A stretch of DNA of 63,781 nt, filler included, from Parasitella parasitica NRRL 2501 (Eukaryota; Fungi; Mucoromycota), in the NCBI GenBank assembly GCA_025201805.1. It is 8 parts of 8 records of this genome, joined end to end, with 100 filler letters (N's around TTAATTAATTAA, not from the genome) between each part and the next. Parts side by side here need not be neighbours in the genome. Positions count along the whole stretch, not along the records: positions 1 to 2,847 come from MU619264.1; positions 2,948 to 20,007 come from MU619268.1; 6 more parts are not named here. One strand, 5' to 3'. Every line of letters starts with the position of its first letter. The stretch's first letter is position 1. This document shows positions 1 through 10,945 of the stretch, one piece after another. A program made the position numbers and the translations under genes. The notes below the pieces were generated by a model. The model ran no database searches. It was not told the origin of the DNA and worked only from the letters and a program-made list of their open reading frames with translations.

Positions 1-1174
1 CTTTTTGCGGATAACCACTTGACATTTGAATACACTTGCTTGATGCATGGTTGCAACTTTAATGACAGAGTGATACTCACTAATTTATTTAAAGGGGTTT
101 GATTTATACCCAAGAAATTTACTAGTGAACAAGAATTTCAACAAACATAACTGTCTTTGCTGGAGTAAAAGATGACCGAACAATGAAGAAGAATGATGTT
201 CCTGGTAATCTATGTTTAAGAAGTAATGTAACTTGTAACTTTCATTTTGATCATCTACAGCAAGCATGTTATTAATGTAAAAGAAACTTCTATGGCATTC
301 GCAGTAAATCCTCTTTTAATTAACAAGAAGATGTTTCGCCAGGTGCAAGATTATGTCCCTTGAAACACCATATCTTCCCAGTTATTCTTTAGAGCAGCTC
401 CAGGACTCTACCTCGTTTTGATATCCTAAATCTCCAGAAACAATATGCAGCTCTCTCTTCTGTTGGGACGAACCGTTACTCCTCATGGATCCTTCTACCA
501 CTACTAGCAGCCACTCACTCATTTATGTTATCGTAGCATATCAACATCCTCAATGGTTCCCTTGGTTTTGCTTGTGTCCTTGAAACATCTAACTAGGAAA
601 CGTAGGGTCACCACCATTGATATGCTGTACAAGTGTGTAGATAAACAAAAAAAAACCCCCCAACGTTTAAAGATACTTTCACTCGGTCTTTACATGATAT
701 TCCTGCAGAAGACAATAAACTACATGGATTAATTTTCCATGCCTATGGGATTTTACATTGTTACAAACTGTCTCTATCCCTGAACCATGGAAATTCGACT
801 TTCGCTTTGCTGCGGTTATAGTTTTCGACTTTCGTTCTTAAGGGATCGCACTACTCTTGCCTGCAGCGAACTGTTTCGAGAAACACAATGCTAACCAAAG
901 AGTTTCTTTTGGAAATCATTGTTACTTATTGAATGCCTCTATTAGGTAGCGCTATGTTTTCCAGGTTTGATGTCGGTTTATTTAGCAAAATGTCTACTAA
1001 TCTACAATTTCTGTTGTTTGACAAAATATCAAACATGATCTGATCGTTTAATTTATGTAGATTCAGTTAAAATAAATAGACAACTTCTATCAATCATTAT
1101 ATAATCACCCTAAATATTGACATTTGCAACGTAAGACTCATTAGGGCCATATTTTGCTCTTCAATTGGAAACAA

Positions 1175-1229
<55 letters not shown>

Positions 1230-1355
1230 ACTAAAGTCATTGAGTTGCATCCAAAGGGATACACGTAGTATTACGGATCATGATCACCATTTGAAGTGCT
1301 TGTACATTAAAAATTGAAAAAGCCTTTTATTCATCTTTTACATTTATTAGTGAAC

Positions 1356-2350
1356 ATGGCACTTACTTCCAGGAGAACAATTGCACCAAAGAAGGCTGGT
1401 AATGCACCAAAGGTCAATTTTTCCGGTAGCAACAGGCAAAAGAGAACGGCCTGGAAGACAGCAGACGGCGAATCGGATAACATGACAAGCATCGGAAGAC
1501 TGATCCACTTCCTCACCATAGAAGATGCCACTATGACAACAACCTTTTCGAGATTAGATGTATACGGAGAAACTGACAGCAGTATTTCAATAGAAGAACT
1601 CAACACTGTTTGCCCACATTTTCAGTTGCTGAAGGGTGCCACTGGATCCCACAGAACTGGCCCTGCTTTGCAGTGGGAATCACGAAGATTAGGATGAAAA
1701 AAAAAAAGTTTCGTTACCTGGAAGCATACGAAATTGATACGGATGAGGAGGACACCGAGCAGGTAGTGGATGAGGTAGACCCCAACTAAGAAGAAGAAGA
1801 CACCTTCTACGATACGTCAATGAGCCAAATATTTGACGAGGACCTCGATGCTGGCGGCTCTTCGTCTTCGATTGTTTCTTCTGTTATCTTGGATAATTCT
1901 GGTAGTCCTCCCCGTTCCTCTTCCCTTTCTTTGGCGAAGATTGTACCGCCTACTCCAGCCAAAGCTCCCAAACTACTTGGCAAGAGAAAGAGGGCTTTGA
2001 AGGCATTCCAGCAAGAGCGACGCGACAGTGCCAGCAGCCTGATATTTGAAAAGATCAGGGCCTTGCAAAAAAAAATTGCGGCTCAACAGGCCATGGTGGC
2101 AGAGAAGGCGGCAGAGAGGGTCGCAAGAATTGCAGAGTCCACGGCTCGGTACGCAGCTGCAAAGATCAAGGCCGAAGTCTGGCAATTGTCCAAAGACGAA
2201 GCGGCCAAGCTCTTCCTTGATATTGATGTAGTCTTCGGTTATTATCTGCTTAATAAAGTTTGTTCTGTTATACGTATTTGGCCTTTGTATATATTCAACA
2301 AATCTGGATTTTATTGTACATTATTATTATTATTATCAGGAAGGAGATGA
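1356..2350 (+). pseudogene. Decayed Myb/SANT-like DNA-binding gene of the type associated with PIF/Harbinger transposons
   Basis: WKTADG...TSIGRLIHFLT and later CPHFQLL, followed by an acidic tract and a coiled-coil C-terminus; broken into two ORFs (1314-1697, 1820-2350) by frameshift/stop. Family recognised from motif pattern only. Confidence 0.35.
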
Positions 2351-2847
2351 GCCTTGCTATTATAGTCAAGTATTAATCTCTTGATATCTTGGTACTTGCG
2401 CTTTCCACTGGTGTCAACATCCGGAGTATATGGAGTACCATCATATTCATCTCCATCTTCTTACTCCATCTATTACCCCTCCTCGTCAACTGTAACTCGT
2501 CTGCGGGGATGGCCACCAAGAACCCTTTGCAATTTGTCTTCTAACCGCTGCTGCTCTTCTTGGTCTTTTCTATCCCATTCTGCCTTCATGGAGATAGTCA
2601 CCTCATCATCTGTATGCTCCAACAAGAAGTTGTTCAAGATGACACAAACGGAGATCCACATGTTGACATACTGTAACGGTATATCAAGCTAAATTCCGAA
2701 AGAAGAAACAGATGATTTTGGTTACTTTTTATAAACAATTTATATAAGTGGGAATGTCACTTACCCAATAGTATTAAAAGGTCAAAGTCAAAGATGCAGC
2801 GCTCGATTAATATTGAGTTATCTCCACGTTTTATATTTCTTTACTAA

Positions 2848-2947
2848 NNNNNNNNNNNNNNNNNNNNNNNNNNNNNNNNNNNNNNNNNNNNTTAATTAAT
2901 TAANNNNNNNNNNNNNNNNNNNNNNNNNNNNNNNNNNNNNNNNNNNN
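2848..2947. other. Artificial contig linker (N44-TTAATTAATTAA-N44)
   Basis: 100-bp block with a six-frame stop spacer; identical blocks recur seven times in the window. Confidence 0.97.
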
Positions 2948-3210
2948 GGAGTAATGACATCAACAAATATATCGTTTTTTCGAGTGGCATACTTGGAATC
3001 CTGGGTCGAAGAGCGGGGTGCTAGGCCACTTTTAGGCTTCGAGGATGTAGGTTTGGATCCGTTGGCAACTGTTTGTTGAGAACTGTGGCAAGACAGGATC
3101 TTTCCCGCGGCTACATGAGACCATGAGCGGTGGGAATCAAGTGATTTGGTACCCGAGGCTTTAGGGTTTTTGCCCAAGGTAAAGGTCTGTTTGGCTGTGG
3201 AAGAAGACAT
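2948..3210 (-). pseudogene. N-terminal fragment of a LINE ORF1 (gag-like) protein, cut by the contig end
   Basis: RSWSHVAAGK low-complexity N-terminus followed by a hydrophobic strand (DIFVDV), resembling the ORF1 start at ~53067. Confidence 0.4.
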
Positions 3211-3334
3211 GAAGAGAACAAATATTCAAAAGTAGACAGTTTGATCACCTCCTATAATTAGGTGTCCGATTTCAAGAAGAGGGGGTATCCAAACTGTTCA
3301 GTGAAACAAAGCTCTTAACTTTTTTAATTAGAGA

Positions 3335-5029
3335 CGAGCTGTATCACACCGCCATGTTCGGTTAAATTTTCACCTTCGCTTCGCTTTGGTAAATTTACCC
3401 TTCACTAAAACGGTGTACAGCTCGTGCTGCGGCAGGCCTGTTTTACCATTGAAATAAAGTGCTTATGCATTGTAGAAAACTTCTTGATAAACGATATTGT
3501 GATTATATGACCCAGTATGATTGTCTACTCGGGATATATCATCAGAGATCATTACTTTGACAGAAGTTGGCGTCCTCACACGTGATAATGCGACATACAG
3601 TTGACCATGACCAAATAAATGGCCTGGCAGGTACAAACCAACAGAATTTAGCGTTTGCCCTTGCGACTTGTTGATGGTCATCGCAAATGCCAGTCTTACG
3701 GGAAACTGGATCCGTTGAAAATCAAAAGGTGAGAGGCCTTCAGTGGCAAGAGAGATGAATTTGATTTTAGGGATAAGAACAATGTTGCCAGCATTGGGCC
3801 CAGTAGCAATGATTGCTTCGATGACATTCGTCATGAGTAAATTGACGATTAATCTTGTACCATTACAGATGCCAGCCGCAGGATCAATATTTCTGATTGC
3901 CATAATTGGAGCACCAATTTTCAAATCAAGAATATGAGGAGGCAAAGACCCATTTTCGATGGTGTTAAGCATCTCAACCGGCATTGTCAATTGAAATTCA
4001 TCTTCGCAAGCTTGATCACTACTGACGTACGACATTTTGCGCCCTTCAATGCACTCCAAGAGTATATCGTTTATCACCTTGATATCTCTGTTTTTTGCAG
4101 TCAAGATAGCCCTCCCAGCAAAGTAATCAAGACTGTTGGCCGCAGTCGCAATATCAAAGAATATGCTTCTTATCAAATTAATCAAATTATCTCCAGATAT
4201 GAGCATCTCCTCAGGAATTTGGATAAAATCTGAAGGCATATCTCTAAGCAGAGTAATTGTAGGAGCAATAATTTGACCAACCTAAAGTCGATAATCAGCA
4301 AAGTGTCAAAGTTCATTAGCAAGGCCTGGATTGTCAGTCCGAAGGGCCTGTCAAACTCTCATGTTTGTATGCAATTGTATTGAGACTACCACTGGCCAAA
4401 AGCTGATTTTTTTCAAGCACTCACGAAATGAACGATCAACTTATCAATTCCTACTGATTATTGAGCATTCGTCTCAAGCAATAATTTTTGCTCTTTGATA
4501 AATGATGCTAGTCAGAGCGGGGCGAAATGTCGTACACGCTAGCGTTGGTAATCTCTAAAGGTACCTTAAGGTAGAGTGAGCAGTACGTCCGCTTTTGAGC
4601 AACAATGCAACATTTTCATTAAATGCCATTGCAATAATCCAATACCACCTTCTCGTCTAACACAACCAAGGAGTACACTAAACACAAATGTCTTTCCAGC
4701 ACCACCTGGACACCATCAAGGAAGAAGTTGCGGGATCCTTGGGGGGCGTTTGAGGAAGGCAGATGGTTTGGTAACATCATAAACTAAAGTTTGGCGCTTA
4801 TTGAAAGGCAAAAGATCAAAGTCGGGTGCATCTAATATGATTCAGCATACTACAGCATACTATGCGTTCTCTTATAAATGTTGGTGGAGTGGGTTGTGCT
4901 TCTATCGGCTCGGGTATCAGTGTTTGAAAATACATTTCTAAACCATTCCGTTGGCTTCAAATCATAACGGTGGTCTGCCAAGTGATCATTTGAAGGGGCT
5001 GGTAATATAATATATCATTCATTTATAGA
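3335..5029 (-). mobile_element. Helitron A, non-autonomous deletion derivative (~1.7 kb)
   Basis: PIF1 helicase remnants; 3' end with long hairpin and CTCG|T at 3335; candidate 5' A|TCTATAAAT at 5029 (5' end less certain). Confidence 0.75.
3463..4990 (-). pseudogene. Helitron PIF1-family helicase, C-terminal part open (3463-4239), upstream part decayed
   Basis: LPPHILDLKIGAPIM, CNGTRL, QFPVRLAFAMTINKSQGQTL, HGQLYVALSRV; broken Walker A (PGGAGKTFVF) near 4690-4710. Confidence 0.9.
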
Positions 5030-5470
5030 TTTTGCAGTGTTACGGTATACTAAATTAAGCGAAGTGATTTTGAGTAATTTTGAGCTTCCTCAGATCAATG
5101 GCACAATCACAATGAAAAACTCTTATGACCGTAAAATAACTTTTTTATAAGCTGTAATAAGAATCAAAGACAGATTGCTTATTACTGGTTGAACGGCGCT
5201 AGGATGATCTAGCTTACTCACTTGCTGCGACTGTATTAATATCATTAGCAATATCATTAGTAATAGCAACTGTCGCAGCAAGTAATAATAATATAAATAT
5301 CTTTCTAATTTTATATGAATAAAGATTATCCTTTTTATCTAAAAACTGTTGTATAATTGTTATTGCATCATAACAATTATCTGGTCTGTTATCTGTGTTA
5401 TTCTTATATCGTTCGTAAGCCACAAATATTACAAGCTGTAAATTTCCTGTGACCGTAAAACAACTCATAA

Positions 5471-6049
5471 GAGCATCTCCTAATTTCCCAAAATTTCCCA
5501 AAATACCTCCAAATTTGAAACGGTCTCCAACCAGGTAAACAGGGTGCCATATTTAGCAAAAGCTAAAATAAGATTGCCAGGAAGCCAAATTTGGCCGTTA
5601 TTTTTGAAAAAGCTATATTGAAATTTATGTTGGTGGTAACCCTCGAGGTGTTCCAAGATGATTCCCTAACCGCGAACCAAGGCCAGTGGGTAGTTACCAT
5701 TATCTTTCTGGTATCAAGGCCCTTCTTAACCATGTCAAATATATATAACTGAATAACCAAAACATATTATTTTAACCGAATATCAAATAGTATAAATACT
5801 CCATATATTTTATCGATAAATCAATATCATATTATTCCAGAAAACCTCAATTACATAATCTCAGATATTTCACACCCTTAATTAATTTGAACAAATATTA
5901 TATCAATATGTCCATCGAAATCAACCATTTAAATGATGATTTATGAGAATTAGATCGCTTGATTTCTAAAATTTTCGTATCAAATTAGCACTTCCAAAAA
6001 AGCAGACAAAAAATTTTCGGGTAGTTTAGCATCTCCGTTGGAGATGCTC
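5471..6049. mobile_element. PIF/Harbinger (Tourist-like) MITE
   Basis: TIRs GAGCATCTCC (5471-5480) and GGAGATGCTC (6040-6049), flanked by a TAA target-site duplication on both sides; AT-rich non-coding interior. Confidence 0.85.
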
Positions 6050-6109
6050 TAACTTCTCATCATTTTAAGAATATGGAGATGAAGTTTTTTATTCAAATTG
6101 CTGATACCA

Positions 6110-8655
6110 CTAATTGTTTTTTTTTGTCTTTGTGGGGGTCAGGTAAACATTGGGAGAGCCTACTTCGCTATTCTCATCGTCTGTATTATTAACGTTAATG
6201 TCAGAAAAAAGTTCATTTCCCTCTTTAGTGATTGCGGCTAGAAGAACTATCTCTTCGAGCCGTTTTTGGTGGCAGGTCCAGGAATACAATGCGTCAAGTG
6301 TTACTAGAAATTCGGGCAACTGAAACAAATACTCTGGTATAGCGAGGGGCTTCAAATAAACTGCAACATAGATGTCAGCAATCTTTTTCACGGCGAAGGT
6401 GTATCCTTTGGGACCTATATATGACATGTATTTGTTTGCTATATAATTAAAATAGTTTGCAATAAGCTACTTACCAACCCAATCCATGCTCGTTGTGTAC
6501 AAATGCTTTGCATCTCTTTCTAGCAAAGGTAATTCGTGGAGCTTGCTCAAGATTGCCTTATTCATTCTTATATTCTTGGTCTGCTGAGTGATCACTTGTT
6601 CAAGGGCGATTTTTTTGCGTTTCCATTCGTTTGTGGACAGCTCAATGTTTTTGGATGATAACAAAAGATCAATGCGGCGCCCAAAACCGCGGTTGAGTGG
6701 GATGGTATCTCCATAGATATTTTCATGATTCTTTGCTATTATTTTACTTGCTTTGCAAGTTGTTTCACCGCTATGTTTAATTCATCAAAGAGTGAGCAAT
6801 CATAACTATATTGCTTTTGTTACTTACTCGACCATATCAATACTTGAATTGTTCAACATCAAGTCCAGTATCATGGCAACTTTGCGATACGAAGTCATCT
6901 CAGACTCGTTGCTCTTTGCTGCTGTCCTGGCATCAACAATCGCGTTTCTAGCCACTGTCTCTAGTACATCGAGTAGGAGGATTTTTTGTTCATCTTCTTC
7001 GTTTATCGCCTTTAGCTTCTCGGTTGTTATGTTGACTCTGAGTTGCTTTAGCACAATTTGGCCGTTTTCATTTTGGCTGTTCTAATAAACAACAAGTCAG
7101 TGAAGATATCGATAGCAAAACTATTACAACTCACATTTATAATTCTCTCAAGTGATTTTTTTGATTCAACTGACAGTCCAGGAGGCTGCTCAATGCCAAA
7201 GTTATTAACCTCCACCCAAAAAGATTCATTTACGATATATTTTTTGAAGATTCTCAAAATACGGGTATTGACAAGATTTACTGTTCTTGATAGAGATAGT
7301 CTAAAAAAAAGCAATTCAGTAAATCAAATGTAATAGCAGCAGCGCCCTTAAGCTCCCTTTTCTAATTTTACTTCAGAGCATTAACTTCAGCGCTGTTTTC
7401 AAGATTCAGATCATTTATCAATCTTGCCGAAAACATATCTAGTTCTTCAGCTAGATTGTTTGGCTGAAAGACACTAATCATGTGAGCCAAAGTTTCCTTG
7501 TCAGAATCTGTTAGAGAGTTATTGAGCTGAAAGAGAAAGGAAATATTTATCAGTTGCATAGCTAGATGGCTCCTTTTACAAGAAAAATTACCTTTTTGAC
7601 TCCAAGTGCATATACTTCGTGGCGAAAACGCCAAGCAGACATGGCGAGGCGATTTGCAAATCGGTTACGGTCAGAGTCTATTTGTTCATAAAGAAAAACA
7701 ATAAATAAAACGTTGTCAGCAAAAAAGGTACCATATCTGTTCAAAGCTAGAAAATTGCACGTACTCTCGTTTGAGGAGGTTGATGTGGGGGCTGGGTTCT
7801 ATGTCAAACAGAGAAAAGTCATTTTATGAGTGCCGTTTTAGTTGTTCTATCTCGCATATTTACAAAGAAATCGTCAATTTCATCTCTATTATAACAGCAC
7901 TTGTTAGCTGCTTTTTGTTCATTGTTATCGCTAAAGTATAAAGTACCTGTTCACTTTTTCAATCTGAGTAGGAGTAGTGGGAGTAGCAGGAGTAGTAGAA
8001 GCGGCAGAAGTGTTGGCAGCGGCAGAGAGGTCAGATGAGGCGATAGCATCATGATCAGTGGTGGCGGAAAGAGCACGAGCAGAAGCAGAACTATTGTCTC
8101 ATGAGCGTTAGGGCAGGTTATTAGATATTTCACCTTTAAACTTACGTTTTTTGTCGCTTGGCTTCTCTGACTCCATCGGAAGAATCGCTAGTCATAATAC
8201 GTTCTTGGTTGATAGTAATGCTTTGATTTTTAATGTTCGAGCGCAAGTTGACGACTGAATCAATGTATGTGGCGGAGGGGCTTGCTTGTGTACTAAGTTA
8301 CAAATCATGTCAATGTGTGATTTGCGCAGTTGCTATAATATATAGGTATGCTCTTACCTCTGTGTGCTGTTGGTGGTGGCCTTAATCGCGGATGGGTCTT
8401 TCTAAAATGTACAAATATGATCTTTAGTGTCACATATAAAGTAGGACGGTAAAGATAGATGCTTACCTTCAGCTTGGCCAGCAAGTCTGTAGCTTTTTCG
8501 CTTGATTTTCTAGATGTGTTGGGTAATCGTATGTATTCAAGCATATCATCTATCATGCATCTTTTTGCCGTAGCGAACTCATTTTGCTCAAGGTAGATTA
8601 CAAAGGCTTTCTTCAAGTCCCATTCGCTAAGGTCTGTTTCCTCAAAATACTTCAT
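6110..8655 (-). CDS. Multi-exon gene for a PD-(D/E)XK restriction-endonuclease-fold protein (Crinkler REase-like family common in Mucorales)
   Basis: Consecutive minus-strand exon ORFs separated by short GT-AG introns; C-terminal GETTCKAS...GRRIDLLL...IELSTNEWK...QQTKNIRMN...MDWVG motif series. Complete exon chain not verified. Confidence 0.6.
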
Positions 8656-9057
8656 AAGGTTTCTTGTTGGTTTGAAAAGGTGCGAGGATTTTTTTTTTCG
8701 CAATCAGTGTCATATTGATTTGGGTCGACGTCATCTTACGCGACATTCTCTTCTTTTTTCTTGTTTTTATTTTCCTCAGACATTATCCAACTCTCAAACC
8801 CATGAATGGCTGTCTGTTAGAAGGTTTGAATTTTGACAATATTATTGATCACAGATTCATTTATTGATATTTTTGTGTTGTAAAACGTACAGTTCTGCTT
8901 AATACTGGTGTTTGGCTATTCTTACAGATTCATCTCTCTTTGCGAACACGATTGATCCTTCATCTTTCCTTCTACACGGGAAAAAAAGGAAGTGCTTTTG
9001 GGTCTCGTCCGGATCAAATGTTGCTTACATTTGACTACTGACGGTTGAATAATATAC

Positions 9058-10052
9058 NNNNNNNNNNNNNNNNNNNNNNNNNNNNNNNNNNNNNNNNNNN
9101 NNNNNNNNNNNNNNNNNNNNNNNNNNNNNNNNNNNNNNNNNNNNNNNNNNNNNNNNNNNNNNNNNNNNNNNNNNNNNNNNNNNNNNNNNNNNNNNNNNNN
9201 NNNNNNNNNNNNNNNNNNNNNNNNNNNNNNNNNNNNNNNNNNNNNNNNNNNNNNNNNNNNNNNNNNNNNNNNNNNNNNNNNNNNNNNNNNNNNNNNNNNN
9301 NNNNNNNNNNNNNNNNNNNNNNNNNNNNNNNNNNNNNNNNNNNNNNNNNNNNNNNNNNNNNNNNNNNNNNNNNNNNNNNNNNNNNNNNNNNNNNNNNNNN
9401 NNNNNNNNNNNNNNNNNNNNNNNNNNNNNNNNNNNNNNNNNNNNNNNNNNNNNNNNNNNNNNNNNNNNNNNNNNNNNNNNNNNNNNNNNNNNNNNNNNNN
9501 NNNNNNNNNNNNNNNNNNNNNNNNNNNNNNNNNNNNNNNNNNNNNNNNNNNNNNNNNNNNNNNNNNNNNNNNNNNNNNNNNNNNNNNNNNNNNNNNNNNN
9601 NNNNNNNNNNNNNNNNNNNNNNNNNNNNNNNNNNNNNNNNNNNNNNNNNNNNNNNNNNNNNNNNNNNNNNNNNNNNNNNNNNNNNNNNNNNNNNNNNNNN
9701 NNNNNNNNNNNNNNNNNNNNNNNNNNNNNNNNNNNNNNNNNNNNNNNNNNNNNNNNNNNNNNNNNNNNNNNNNNNNNNNNNNNNNNNNNNNNNNNNNNNN
9801 NNNNNNNNNNNNNNNNNNNNNNNNNNNNNNNNNNNNNNNNNNNNNNNNNNNNNNNNNNNNNNNNNNNNNNNNNNNNNNNNNNNNNNNNNNNNNNNNNNNN
9901 NNNNNNNNNNNNNNNNNNNNNNNNNNNNNNNNNNNNNNNNNNNNNNNNNNNNNNNNNNNNNNNNNNNNNNNNNNNNNNNNNNNNNNNNNNNNNNNNNNNN
10001 NNNNNNNNNNNNNNNNNNNNNNNNNNNNNNNNNNNNNNNNNNNNNNNNNNNN
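9058..10052. other. Scaffold gap (N run) flanked by an identical 28-bp sequence
   Basis: TTTGACTACTGACGGTTGAATAATATAC occurs at 9030-9057 and 10053-10080. Confidence 0.95.
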
Positions 10053-10945
10053 TTTGACTACTGACGGTTGAATAATATACATCCTCTATTATAGAAGACA
10101 AAGTATATCCCAGTCAGTATATGGATCAACCTGAATTAAGTAGGGAGAGGTCACCACTAGGACAAGTATTATTTTAATGGATAAAGAGATCAATCGGTGC
10201 ACCTTTGTTTGCTAATCTACTCAGTGCTAAAATGACTATGTTGCTAGTTGATGCCCGCATTAATTCGTAGTTTTTCTTGATAGAATTATCGACTATATTT
10301 GCAGTTCACCGTCATTAATCGAATTATCGATATGTGGATAAAAAGACGACTTCATTACACCTCGCTTCTGAATGCTGAATCAGTTTTAGGCTCAATTCAA
10401 TTTGTAACTCCAGCAAGCTTGAATGGAAGGGTTCGCCATGTATGCTTATTGTTGTATTTGAAGATTACTGAGAAGATCACATAAAATTACCTTACAACAA
10501 CTGAACAAAAATGTAAATCAGGTCATATTCCAACATGATGTATCAGAACCACCGTGTACCACTAGACAACGATAATAGCAACACAACCACAACGATAATA
10601 ACAAGACAGATACGATTCCCCTGAAACCCACAAGAATATATATCAATACAACGAACGATTAGATTAGTTATATTACTATTCTAAGCGATAGCACTCAGTT
10701 AGAGTAGAAATCGCAATAGTAAAAAAGCACTTCATAAGAATAAAGAGATATACCTTATCCAATTTTAATTTGATAATTCACAACAGATGTCAAAATATTA
10801 ACTATAATATGATCACACAGAGCAGAAATAATAACAATTACTAAATAAAACCTACGAAATAACTACTAGTGATATAGAATCTAGCAATGACGACTGAATA
10901 TAATGTAAGAGTAGCTAACTTATTTAATACCTAGTCATATAGTTA

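Noticed and set aside
1179-1227. Long poly-A run as a retroposon tail (also poly-T at 55400-55467)
   Set aside because: No adjacent RT remnant or TSD; the second run is intronic and next to a gap, so lengths are unreliable.
2892-2903. Recurrent palindrome TTAATTAATTAA at seven sites
   Set aside because: Always centred in 100-bp N blocks; an assembly linker with six-frame stops, not biology.
3318-3334. TCTCTAATTAAAAAA directly after the Helitron A end as a head-to-tail second Helitron start
   Set aside because: Downstream sequence is a LINE-like ORF1 fragment with no Helitron content; the match is low complexity.
3463-4239. Host PIF1 helicase gene
   Set aside because: Decayed upstream half, Helitron-type end structure and similarity to the RepHel of element B indicate transposon origin.
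8922-10101. Three long ORFs of 339-386 aa
   Set aside because: Composed of X from the N gap.
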